DNA from: a virus
Taxonomy: Duplodnaviria; Heunggongvirae; Uroviricota; Caudoviricetes
DNA: 61,328 bases
Direction: 5' to 3' (one strand)
Virus record (IMG/VR): IMGVR_UViG_3300042894_001948
Shown here: positions 47,123 through 56,452 of the stretch, piece after piece
Numbering within the stretch: the stretch's first letter is position 1
Layout of the letters: the number at the start of each line of letters is the position of its first letter
Notes under the pieces: generated by a model
Seen by the model: the letters and a program-made list of their open reading frames with translations, nothing else
Databases searched by the model: none
Told to the model about the DNA's origin: nothing
Position numbers and translations under genes: made by a program

Positions 47123-48538
47123 ATGAGTACATTTATCGAAGCAATTGCAAATCAAGAAGATCGTACTACTAACGGTATGAAAGCACGTAAATCAACTTCA
47201 TCTGCTGTAGTTGATTTGTTTTTTAAAATTGGCGCGTCACGTGGCAAAAACATCACACCTGAATTCGTTGCTGCTTATGTAGAAGATAAAGATCTTGCAT
47301 TACGTATTGCAGCTTGGGTACGCGATGTACGTGGTGGTGCAGGCGAACGCCAGTTGTTTAGAGATATTTTATTACATCTCGAAAACTCCGATCCAGATGC
47401 TGCTAAGAAACTTGCAGCTAAAGTTCCTGAACTTGGACGCTACGATGACTTACTTGTGTTCAAAACACAAAACTTAAAGGACTATGCATTTGCGTTAATT
47501 AAAGATGCATTAGAAGCGCAAAATGGACTTGCTGCTAAATGGATTCCACGTAAAGGAGATACTGCGGTACAGTTACGCAATTACTTAGGGTGGTCTCCTA
47601 AACGTTATCGCAAAACACTTGTTTCACTTACTAAAGTAGTTGAAACACAAATGTGTGCTAACCAATGGGACACTATTAACTTTAGTCATGTTCCATCTGT
47701 AGCATCTTCACGCTACAAAAAAGCATTTGCTCGTCACACTGACAAGTATGCTGAATACATTGCTAAATTAGTTAAAGGTGATGATCCAACTGTTAAAGTT
47801 AACGCAGGTGCGATCTATCCATATGAAATCGTTAAGGGTTTAAGTGGTTGGTGGTCTCAACCATCACTACTTGAAAAACAACACATTATTGCACAATGGG
47901 ACGCGTTACCTAACTATGTTGGTGATGCAAGCATTTTACCATTAGTTGATGTATCAGGTTCTATGGGCTGTCCTGCAGGTAAAAGCAAAACTGTTACATG
48001 TATGGATGTTTCATTATCTTTAGGAATATACTTAGCAGATAAAAATGCTGGTAAGTTTAAAGATACATTCTTAACATTTAGCTCTAAACCAGAGTTAGTT
48101 ACACTAAAAGGTAATGTAGTTGAGAAGTATGCGCAGATGTCAAAAAGTGATTGGCAAATGGGCACTAACTTACATGCAGCTTTTTCTAAGATTTTAGAAG
48201 TTGCAGTTAATGGTAATGTACCTGTTGAAGAAATGCCACAGATACTTTTAATATTATCTGATATGCAATTTGATGCTTGTGTAACACATGATGATTCTGC
48301 AATAAAAATGATTCGTCGTAAGTATGAAGATGCAGGATATACAGTACCACAAGTTGTATTTTGGAACTTAAACTCACATGACAATGTGCCAGTTAAGTAC
48401 AATGCAAAAGGTGCAGCATTAGTAAGTGGATTTAGTCCAAGTATTATGACAAGTGTACTTGCAGCTGATATGGATGACTTTACTCCACAAGCAATTATGT
48501 TACAAACAATTATGAATCCTAGATATGATATAGGATAA
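47123..48538 (+). CDS. DUF2828-family protein with C-terminal vWA domain (TROVE/Ro60-like)
   Basis: RTTNGM, RDVRGGAGER, GRYDDLL, AAKWIPR, MIDAS-like LVDVSGSMG, ILSDMQFD, VFWNL, LVSGFS. Confidence 0.8.
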   Translation: MSTFIEAIANQEDRTTNGMKARKSTSSAVVDLFFKIGASRGKNITPEFVAAYVEDKDLALRIAAWVRDVRGGAGERQLFRDILLHLENSDPDAAKKLAAKVPELGRYDDLLVFKTQNLKDYAFALIKDALEAQNGLAAKWIPRKGDTAVQLRNYLGWSPKRYRKTLVSLTKVVETQMCANQWDTINFSHVPSVASSRYKKAFARHTDKYAEYIAKLVKGDDPTVKVNAGAIYPYEIVKGLSGWWSQPSLLEKQHIIAQWDALPNYVGDASILPLVDVSGSMGCPAGKSKTVTCMDVSLSLGIYLADKNAGKFKDTFLTFSSKPELVTLKGNVVEKYAQMSKSDWQMGTNLHAAFSKILEVAVNGNVPVEEMPQILLILSDMQFDACVTHDDSAIKMIRRKYEDAGYTVPQVVFWNLNSHDNVPVKYNAKGAALVSGFSPSIMTSVLAADMDDFTPQAIMLQTIMNPRYDIG

Positions 48539-48546
48539 ATTCTACT

Positions 48547-48694
48547 GCAGATCCAGCACTTACTTTAAGTACTCTGCCTCGGCTGAAGCGAAATGACTGG
48601 AATGGGCTGCTCTCACGGGGTTTAGTAGTTGTACCTGACACAAAAGAACAACTACACTTTTAATTAAAAGCACGTATAACCTACGTGCTTTTTT
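48547..48694 (+). ncRNA. Compact structured element plus terminator after the DUF2828 gene
   Basis: gcag/ctgc, tccag/ctgga, gtagttgt/acaactac; terminator aagcacgta/tacgtgcttttt. Confidence 0.4.
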
Positions 48695-48769
48695 ATGCGT
48701 ATTTGCTTGTTACACGCAAGTTTACACGTTACTTATAGTATGTACTAAGTAACTTTAGCTCTGCGCTAG

Positions 48770-49378
48770 TTAAGTTGTTTTTGGCGCGATTAGTGATTTA
48801 CATTTATCAAAATGCCATCTTTTAGCATTTGATGCTCCTTTTATATTAGATAAGCAATGCGGACACGTTAATATCTTAGGTGGTCTAGAAATACCAATAC
48901 TTCCTATAGATATTTTTTGTCGTGTTTCATCTGATACTATCCCAGTTTTACCCTTCTTCCACGATTCTCTACCCTTAGTTGTTTTAGATATTTTTTGTCG
49001 TGTTTCAGTAGAAATAGTTTTTCCTTGATGTTTAAGCCCAGATTTTTTTGAACTTTCTTGCGTACAATGAAATGTTCCGGCTCCATTTGATGAGTTTAAC
49101 CATTTTGGATTAGCAGCAGCATTAATTTTTAATAAGAATTTATTTTCGTATGCACATGCCTCTTCTTTTGTTGTAAATGTTTTGCGAACCTCAAATGAAA
49201 ATGCAGATTTTCCATGCATGCTAATTAAATTATGAATTTTGATTGACGATGTAAAATAGGTATCCCACAATTGAGCCGGCTGGCACTTTTTAGCATAACG
49301 AACTCCGTAATATTTTTCGCCGGTTAAAAGAAATGTAATACAATAAGTAAATGGAATATAAATAGTATTGCTGGTCAT
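48770..49378 (-). mobile_element. Free-standing GIY-YIG (Seg-like) homing endonuclease
   Basis: PFTYCIT...KYYGVRY, YFTSS; C-terminal CPHC..KRWHFDKCK; leader copy C. Confidence 0.78.
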
Positions 49379-49452
49379 GTTAGTTCCTGTAATTAATAAT
49401 AGAATGATTAGAGTTAGTGAGACTGCAATCTGCGACTAACACTTTTATTTAT
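49379..49452 (-). promoter_or_regulatory. Homing-endonuclease leader motif, copy C
   Basis: CATAAATA-aaagt-gttagt-cgc-agat-tgca-gtct-c-actaac...AGGA. Confidence 0.75.
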
Positions 49453-49692
49453 GTTTATTCAGCTTTTCCATTATGCCACTTTAATGGTATTCCTAAAATA
49501 GGACATGAGATTGGAATTCCAATTTCGTCTAGATCAGTAGTTTTCAAATCAAATTCAATTCCGCGTTTTTTAGCAGACTGTCTTAATCTAGTAAGTATGA
49601 TGTTTAAATCTCGTGGTTTCATGTAAATATTTATTGACAATTGCTTTTTACAATATATAATATACGCATACTTAACAAACACAGGAGCTTAC

Positions 49693-50121
49693 ATGAAACG
49701 TTTACTATTAGCAGCAACACTTGGATTAACTACGTTAGCAGCTAATGCAGTTTGTCCTTCGTCTATTGTTGGTAAATACGTAGGTCATGGGCAGTACACT
49801 GAACAAAAATTTATTAATAAAGTTCCTATAATTAGTTATATAGAAAGCCATATTATGTCAATTTCAATAACAGCTACACACATAGTTGCAGTAAAGACAT
49901 TTTACGCCGCAACTGGTAATGGTCGTATTGCATTACCTGATGTTACTGGAGCTACGTTATATATATTTGATAAAACTACCTGTATGGGACAGATGGGTGG
50001 GAATGCAGATCCGTTATATTTTGTAGTAAGTGATAGCGGAAATACAATTAATTTTATTCACGGAAAACCGCCAGTTAGTACAGACTTGTCAATGGAAACA
50101 TGGGAGTTAAACAAACAATGA
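49693..50121 (+). CDS. Secreted hypothetical protein
   Basis: Signal peptide; AGGAG SD; early promoter. Confidence 0.65.
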   Translation: MKRLLLAATLGLTTLAANAVCPSSIVGKYVGHGQYTEQKFINKVPIISYIESHIMSISITATHIVAVKTFYAATGNGRIALPDVTGATLYIFDKTTCMGQMGGNADPLYFVVSDSGNTINFIHGKPPVSTDLSMETWELNKQ

Positions 50122-50579
50122 GTACATTATATATGTTAGTAGGAGTACCTGGATCAGGTAAATCTACATGGGTTAATAATCAATCTTGGGCTAAGAAATG
50201 TGTTCATCTTAGTACAGATAAGTTTATTGATGAGTATGCAGAATCAGTTAGTAAAACTTATAACGAAGTATTTACTGACTACATTAAACCTGCAACGCAC
50301 ATGTTAAGCAAACAAGCTATTACGACAAATGTTGCAGAAACGGATGCAATATGGGATCAAACTAACTTAACAGTTAAATCGCGTGCTAGTAAGTTAAAAA
50401 TTTTTCGATGTTATAAAAAGATTGCAGTAGTATTTGCAACACCAGACTCACACGAACTTGCAAGACGATTAGCAAGTCGTCCAGGTAAAACCATATCTGA
50501 TGCAGTTATGGCATCTATGACTAATATATTTCAAATGCCAACTGAAGAAGAAGGCTTTGATGAAATTTGGCATGTATAG
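50118..50579 (+). CDS. P-loop kinase (polynucleotide kinase-like, AAA_33)
   Basis: LVGVPGSGKST, LSTD, WDQTN. Confidence 0.8.
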   Translation: MSTLYMLVGVPGSGKSTWVNNQSWAKKCVHLSTDKFIDEYAESVSKTYNEVFTDYIKPATHMLSKQAITTNVAETDAIWDQTNLTVKSRASKLKIFRCYKKIAVVFATPDSHELARRLASRPGKTISDAVMASMTNIFQMPTEEEGFDEIWHV

Positions 50580-50587
50580 GAGAGTAA

Positions 50588-51118
50588 ATGGCAGATGTAT
50601 ATGTGATTTCAGATCCGCATTTTGGACATGTAGGTATTTGTAATTTTTTAAGACCAAATGGAACTAAAGTACGTCCATGGGATACTTATGAGGAAATGGA
50701 TGAAGAACTTGTTAAAAGGTTTAATGAAACTGTAAAACCTAATGACAAATTGTATATCCTAGGTGATGTTGCAATTAATCGTAGAGCATTACCTACACTA
50801 GCAAGGTTGCATTGTAAAGATATGGTTTTGATTAAAGGTAATCATGATATCTTTAGACTTAACGAATACACTCCTTACTTTAGAGATATTAGAGCGTATC
50901 ACGTACAACAAAATGTCTTGTTGAGCCATATTCCGATTCACCCGTGTGAAATGAGTAGGTGGAGTGGACAATTACATGGTCATTTGCATAGTAATGTTGT
51001 TATGGATGGTGATAAACCAGATAAGAGGTATGTAAATGTATGTGTAGAACATCACAACTTTAGACCAGTGTTGCTAAACGATATGCTTGCACAAGTTAAA
51101 GAGCTAAATACTGCTTGA
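50588..51118 (+). CDS. Calcineurin-like metallophosphoesterase
   Basis: ISDPHFGH, LGDV, KGNHD, SHIP, HGHLH. Confidence 0.85.
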   Translation: MADVYVISDPHFGHVGICNFLRPNGTKVRPWDTYEEMDEELVKRFNETVKPNDKLYILGDVAINRRALPTLARLHCKDMVLIKGNHDIFRLNEYTPYFRDIRAYHVQQNVLLSHIPIHPCEMSRWSGQLHGHLHSNVVMDGDKPDKRYVNVCVEHHNFRPVLLNDMLAQVKELNTA

Positions 51119-51173
51119 CGTAGCACAATAAATGTACTATAATATTACTTTAATACAACACAGGAGTAACTAT

Positions 51174-51503
51174 ATGAAACATGCTTTGTTTACTACATTG
51201 TTCTTAACTGCACTTACTGCTAATGCTGCCGAATCACCATACGATAAGTTTTCTGCAAAAAATAATTTTACAGATAAAACAACAGTTAAATGGGTACAGG
51301 TAGATAACATAAGAGAAAGTTGTGACAAGGAAAGCAAACGTCGCGGGTTTGCTGGTTATCCTAAACCGATAGAAGCGTGTTCGTTTTGGACTACAACACT
51401 GTTTGGCGATTCTTGTCTTATTATGACAGACAGAACTCCTGATTTTTGGACGCTCGGACATGAGCTACGTCACTGCTTTCAAGGCAGCTTTCACAAATAC
51501 TAA
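51174..51503 (+). CDS. Secreted hypothetical with HELRH motif
   Basis: Signal peptide; AGGAG SD. Confidence 0.6.
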   Translation: MKHALFTTLFLTALTANAAESPYDKFSAKNNFTDKTTVKWVQVDNIRESCDKESKRRGFAGYPKPIEACSFWTTTLFGDSCLIMTDRTPDFWTLGHELRHCFQGSFHKY

Positions 51504-51515
51504 CATTGGAGATAT

Positions 51516-51734
51516 ATGAGTAAAGAAGATTTAATAGAATTTACAGGTAAGGTAAACGAAGTCTTACCGGGCAATATGTTTAGAGTCATAATTGACCAAT
51601 CTGAACATGAACTAGTATGTTACACAAGTGGAAAACTTAAACGACATAAAATTAGAGTAATTGCCGGAGACAAAGTTAAAATTGAAGTTAGCGCATACGA
51701 CCTTAATAAAGGTAGAGTTATTTACAGGCTGTAG
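51516..51734 (+). CDS. infA: Translation initiation factor IF-1
   Basis: MSKEDLIEFTGKVNEVLPGNMFRV...SGKLKRHKIRVIAGDKV...YDLNKGRVIYR. Confidence 0.93.
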   Translation: MSKEDLIEFTGKVNEVLPGNMFRVIIDQSEHELVCYTSGKLKRHKIRVIAGDKVKIEVSAYDLNKGRVIYRL

Positions 51735-51742
51735 GAGAGAAT

Positions 51743-52522
51743 ATGAAAATTGCGTATGCATCAGATTTGCATTTTGAATTTGAACCGTTAATCTTAGACA
51801 ATGTCGAACCTGCAGATGTGCTAATATTAGCTGGAGATATACTTAATGTATCGAGATATAAAAGACTTACAGAATCAACTAGAACAAGTAATAGTGACGA
51901 TATTACAAGTTTCTTTAATACTGTTACTACTAAGTTTAAGCATGTTCTTATGGTTATGGGAAATCATGAATATTACGGTTCGTACATTGACGAAGCAGTA
52001 ATTACATTACGTAACTTACTACCATACAAAAATTTTCATATTCTTGATGGTGATTATATTGTTATTGACAATAACTTATTTGTAGGCGGAACACTGTGGA
52101 CTAACTATAACAAAGAAGATCCATTTACAATAATGCGTGCTCCTACAATGATAAATGACTATCGAGTTATTTATAACGGAGATACACGCATTACTGTATC
52201 CGATATTCTTGAACGTCACAAACATTTTGTTAAATGGGTAGAACAAGTTGATAAAAGTGGGTACGATAACAATATTTTAATTACACACCATTCTCCGTCT
52301 ATGCAAACAATTGCTGATCATTATAAACATGACGAAACTATGAACGGATTATTTGGATCTAATTTAGATTACTTGTTAACTAATTTTGATTACGCTATAT
52401 TTGGACATCAACATGATCCAAAGACACCAATCGTTAACGACTGTGTGCTGTTAAACAATTCTAGAGGTTACCCATTCGAATCAATGCATGACACATTTAA
52501 GTTAAAATATATTACTATTTAA
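51743..52522 (+). CDS. Metallophosphoesterase
   Basis: ASDLHFE, LAGDI, MGNHEYY, THHSPS, FGHQH. Confidence 0.85.
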   Translation: MKIAYASDLHFEFEPLILDNVEPADVLILAGDILNVSRYKRLTESTRTSNSDDITSFFNTVTTKFKHVLMVMGNHEYYGSYIDEAVITLRNLLPYKNFHILDGDYIVIDNNLFVGGTLWTNYNKEDPFTIMRAPTMINDYRVIYNGDTRITVSDILERHKHFVKWVEQVDKSGYDNNILITHHSPSMQTIADHYKHDETMNGLFGSNLDYLLTNFDYAIFGHQHDPKTPIVNDCVLLNNSRGYPFESMHDTFKLKYITI

Positions 52523-52531
52523 GGAGTTACA

Positions 52532-52864
52532 ATGAAAACTAAAGATTTAACTATATCACAAGTAGAAGAGTTGATTTCTTCATTAGAACATAAAATTGAA
52601 ATATTAGAATCACAAGTTACTGAATTTCAAAGAAATGCAAAAATATCAAACGCTACATGGAAAGATTTACTTCGTACAGAAGTTATTCAATTACTAGTAG
52701 ATAAAGACGATGCAATTAAAAACATTGGCGCGGATGCAGAACATGTATTAATTAAAACTGCACTTGAATTTAATTGTAATAAACGACAAGAAACTGCTAC
52801 AATTTTAGGTTATGGTCGCAACACTATTACTAAAAAAGTATCCGAACTTAACATACAACTATAA
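52532..52864 (+). CDS. Fis/NtrC-type HTH protein
   Basis: LIKTALEFNCNKRQETATILGYGRNTITKK. Confidence 0.75.
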   Translation: MKTKDLTISQVEELISSLEHKIEILESQVTEFQRNAKISNATWKDLLRTEVIQLLVDKDDAIKNIGADAEHVLIKTALEFNCNKRQETATILGYGRNTITKKVSELNIQL

Positions 52865-52872
52865 AGGAACTT

Positions 52873-53058
52873 ATGACTGAAGAAAAAATTTCAATAAGCG
52901 AGATGATCAGAACTACATCTACTAATACTAATAGTTTTTTAACTCAAGTTGCAGATCATATTGATAAACTTGAAAGTCACATTGCAACATTAGAAGCACA
53001 ACTGTTAGAACTATATAATACAATGTCGGAGGAACAATGCAAAGACGAGAATATGTAG
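52873..53058 (+). CDS. Small coiled-coil protein
   Basis: AAGGA SD. Confidence 0.55.
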   Translation: MTEEKISISEMIRTTSTNTNSFLTQVADHIDKLESHIATLEAQLLELYNTMSEEQCKDENM

Positions 53059-53270
53059 ACGATACTTGCGAAATCATTTGTGAAGATAACGGCAAAAAGA
53101 TGGTTGCAGAGGTTGAATCGTTTAAGGAAAAGAAACACCTTAACGTAGTAATTGATAAAAACGTTAAATTGCATCTTGACTGGAATGGACATCAATTTGA
53201 AGGCTATATGGGACAACTAAGTTTTGTTAGTAATGGTCCAGATATTACGGTTGTTAACGCTAAACGTTAG
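53037..53270 (+). CDS. Conserved hypothetical phage protein
   Basis: ICEDNGKKMVAEV...YMGQLSFVSNGP. Confidence 0.6.
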   Translation: MQRREYVDDTCEIICEDNGKKMVAEVESFKEKKHLNVVIDKNVKLHLDWNGHQFEGYMGQLSFVSNGPDITVVNAKR

Positions 53271-53334
53271 TGTTGACAAACTGTAACATTTACTGTATAA
53301 TTATATTTTTATTACTTAACAAGGAGATACATAT

Positions 53335-53922
53335 ATGCCAGCTTTAATCCCAATGGTTGTAGAGTCAGAAGCAAAAGGTGAACGTTCGTATGACATTTAT
53401 TCGCGACTACTTAAAGATCGAATTCTTATGCTTGATTCAGATGTTAACGAGCATTCTGCAAGTATTATTGTTGCTCAGTTGCTTTTTTTAGAAAGTCAAG
53501 GCAACGAAGATATTAGTTTCTTTATTAACAGTCCAGGCGGCGTTGTAACAGCAGGACTTGCAATTTATGATACTATGCAATTTATTAAACCAGACGTTGC
53601 AACTATTGTTATGGGTCAAGCATGTAGTATGGGCTCATTGTTAGCAACAGCAGGTGCACCAGGTAAGCGTAAAATGCTACCAAATGCAAGGCATATGATT
53701 CATCAGCCTAGCGGTGGCGCACGTGGTCAAGCCACTGACATGTTAATTCAAGTTGAAGAAATATTAAAGATGAAAAAATCTTTAACACAGATTTACGTTG
53801 ATCACAACAGTAAAGGCAAAACGTTTGAACAGTTTGCCGCCGACATGGAGCGCGATTGCTTTATGTCCGCTACGGAGGCTTTAGAATATGGACTTATTGA
53901 TGAAATTATTACTCGTCGCTAG
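53335..53922 (+). CDS. clpP: ATP-dependent Clp protease proteolytic subunit
   Basis: [34 protein letters not shown]. Confidence 0.96.
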   Translation: MPALIPMVVESEAKGERSYDIYSRLLKDRILMLDSDVNEHSASIIVAQLLFLESQGNEDISFFINSPGGVVTAGLAIYDTMQFIKPDVATIVMGQACSMGSLLATAGAPGKRKMLPNARHMIHQPSGGARGQATDMLIQVEEILKMKKSLTQIYVDHNSKGKTFEQFAADMERDCFMSATEALEYGLIDEIITRR

Positions 53923-54073
53923 TATATTTTTAGCGGCATATTTAACTACAGGCTGTACTGAACAGCCTGTACATCGTGAGTATTTACGTGATGGTAACTT
54001 TGATCACTACTACGAGCGACACTACAAACATCCAGGACATCATCTTCCTTTAGAACATCATAAAGAAAGATAA
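53888..54073 (+). CDS. Small lipoprotein
   Basis: Lipobox LTTGC. Confidence 0.5.
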   Translation: MDLLMKLLLVASIFLAAYLTTGCTEQPVHREYLRDGNFDHYYERHYKHPGHHLPLEHHKER

Positions 54074-54082
54074 AAATAGTTC

Positions 54083-54228
54083 TTGACTTATGCGCTAGAC
54101 CGTGTATAATATAGACTAAATTAATAACTGAGTAAACTACTCAGTTATTATAAATACACTTAACTCGAGTTGAAGTTTAACGGGCGTTAGACTTCGTTTT
54201 TTATTTTCCCTTGCTTAGGAGAATTTTT
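54083..54228 (+). promoter_or_regulatory. pmoC control region: early plus late promoter and hairpins
   Basis: TTGACT/TATAAT 54083-54110; IR taataactgagt/actcagttatta; TATAAATA 54149-54156; gaagtttaac/gttagacttc hairpin; AGGAGA SD. Confidence 0.7.
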
Positions 54229-55484
54229 ATGTCAGCTACAATTGAAACGGTAAAAGCAGAAGCTAAAGAAGCTTTACTTTTGAACAAACCAGCTATGCTC
54301 GCAGGTGCAGCACTATATATAGTGTTTTACGGGTGGGTTCGTTGGTATGAGGGTGTTTATGGATGGTCTGCTGGTTTAGACTCATTTGCACCAGAGTTTG
54401 AAACATATTGGATGAACTTCCTATATATTGAAATGGTACTAGAAGTTATTACTGCTTCAGTATTGTGGGGTTATATTTGGAAAACACGTGATCGCAAAGT
54501 AATGTCAATTACACCACGCGAGGAATTACGTCGCCACTTTACACACTGGATTTGGTTAGTAATGTATGGTATCGCAATTTATTATGGTGCTTCATACTTT
54601 ACGGAACAAGATGGTACATGGCATCAAACGATCGTTCGTGACACTGACTTTACACCAAGTCATGTTATTGAGTTTTATCTAAGTTATCCTATTTACATCA
54701 TCACAGGCGTTTCTGCATTCTTATATGCTAAAACACGCTTGCCTACCTACCAAAAAGGTTTGCCATTACAATACTTAGTATCAGTAATTGGACCTTTCAT
54801 GATTCTTCCAAACGTCGGCTTAAACGAATGGGGTCATACTTTCAACACAGGAAGCTCATTATAGCAATGTAATGATGAAAACTCTGTGAAAACGGTGAAC
54901 ATCCAGAACGGACAATACCGTGCCAAGCTTAGAAATAAGAAGGTGTAACGACTATCCTGAAAGGGAGTACACTCAAGTGAGTGGAAGCGCAGAGCAACCT
55001 ACATGGTTGATGAGATAGTCTGCTCTAACTGGGAACAGTTAGCAGTTCATAAGAGAACGGTATAAGCGTAACGAACTTATATGAACATAGGCTGGTTTAT
55101 GGAGGAGTTATTTGTCGCTTAAATAAGTGGGCGCGTTTACTAGTAATAGTAAAATGAAAACTTTGTGAAAACGGTGAACATCCAGAACGGACAATACCGT
55201 GCTAAGTCTCAAAAAAGAGAAAAGTGTAACGACTATCCCGAAAGGGAGTACACTCAAGTGAGTGGAAGCGCAAAGCAACTGTAGTAGTTGAAGAGATAGT
55301 CTAATCTATATAGGAATATATAGCAGTTCATAAGAGAACGGTATAAGAGTAACGAACTTATATGAATATAATGCCTTTACATTATGGGTTTGTATTTTTT
55401 GGATGGGCTGCACTTGGTGTATTAGGTGTAGTAAATATTGAAGTACAAGCAATATCTAAATTGTTGAAAAGCGATTTAGCTTAA
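54229..55484 (+). CDS. pmoC: Particulate methane monooxygenase subunit C, three exons: 54229-54842, 55092-55119, 55374-55484 (250 aa)
   Basis: Exons join in frame (614+28+111=753 nt) to give ...[32 protein letters not shown]...KSDLA; EQDGTWHQ and TPSH copper-site motifs present; Methylobacter-like sequence. Confidence 0.96.
54843..55091 (+). mobile_element. Group I intron 1 in pmoC (249 nt, no ORF)
   Basis: P1 CUUU|C with GGAAG including U54842:G54851; P3 ctctg/cagag; P7 gactat/atagtc; terminal G. Confidence 0.93.
55120..55373 (+). mobile_element. Group I intron 2 in pmoC (254 nt, no ORF)
   Basis: P1 CGCU|UA with UGGGCG including U55119:G55130; P3 ctttg/caaag (covaries with intron 1); P7 gactat/atagtc; terminal G. 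Confidence 0.93.
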
Positions 55485-55490
55485 TTGATT

Positions 55491-55522
55491 AGAAAGGGGA
55501 CCTAGGTCCCCTTTCTGCTTTT
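55491..55522. terminator. Bidirectional terminator between pmoC and the endonuclease
   Basis: agaaaggggacc-ta-ggtcccctttct; contains the endonuclease stop codon. Confidence 0.85.
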
Positions 55523-56257
55523 ACAATTATCAAAATGATATCTTGTCATATTGCCCCCGCTACCTTCTGTATTACAATGCGGACATGTTTTTATTTTCAT
55601 ATTCCGAGATTTTGTTATTCTTCCATTAGAATAAAACCGTGTAGTGTTATCTGGTAACATAAAATACTCTTTAATACCGTCATTGAACCATTGTTTTCCA
55701 ATTGAACGTCCTAACGCACGTTGGCGCATTCTTTCTAATTGTTCATCAGAATAAACACCAGTTTTACCTTTATTCCATACTTCCTGTACACCGGTTTTAC
55801 CTTTATTCCACGGTATTGATCCTTGTTTTGCCTGACTAATTTTACAACATGTTTCTTTAGATCTAGGCGGTTTTGATATTCCCTTAGTTTTTCCTGTTAA
55901 TGCTTTACTAATGTTATGTTTGGTAGTTGCTGTATGTTTATAACCAACAGTGCCTTCTCCACCAAGAGTCATATTATACCCATTACTATTGTTAACGTGA
56001 ATATAACTATTATATTCTATTATAAAATAGTTTTCCATTATAGATAGAGTATGTACTGCATCATATGATTGATACAGGATATTCCATTCAAAGTTATCCC
56101 ATCCGTATTTACGTATAGCATTATAAAAAACTTGATTTGAAGAAGTAGTACTATGATAACGGTGTTCATATTTTCGTTTTGGCCAGTTTGAATCAAATCC
56201 AATATACATTTTTCCATTTAGTATATTTGTAGCTGAGTAGATTGTATAAATATTCAT
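55502..56257 (-). mobile_element. Free-standing GIY-YIG homing endonuclease with NUMOD3 repeats
   Basis: IYTIYSATNILNGKMYIGF, YNMTLGGEG; C-terminal CPHC..TRYHFDNCK; leader copy D. Confidence 0.85.
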
Positions 56258-56322
56258 GTTGATACTCCTCTAAAGTATTAAAGTAGTTGGGACGGCAATC
56301 CGCGAACTACACCTTTATTTAT
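56258..56322 (-). promoter_or_regulatory. Homing-endonuclease leader motif, copy D
   Basis: AATAAATA-aaggt-gtagtt-cgc-ggat-tgcc-gtcc-c-aactac...AGGAG. Confidence 0.75.
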
Positions 56323-56452
56323 TATACATACTACTTTGAGGGGCGAAAAGTATGGTTAACATAGCATACGAATTTGGAGCAGTAATGGTTGCGATAATTT
56401 TTACAATTATAACATTAATGGTTTTATTAGATTGTGATGACTAAATAATAGT

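Noticed and set aside
48590-48600. Hammerhead ribozyme (CTGAAG...CGAAA)
   Set aside because: The CUGANGA core is incomplete and there is no stem II.
54211-54864. Truncated pmoC pseudogene, as the ORF track suggests
   Set aside because: The missing C-terminus is present in frame after removing two group I introns; the true start is ATG 54229 behind AGGAGA.
54843-55373. CRISPR array or simple direct repeat
   Set aside because: The two copies of about 250 nt have group I P1/P3/P7 pairings and splice-site rules; there is no repeat-spacer periodicity.
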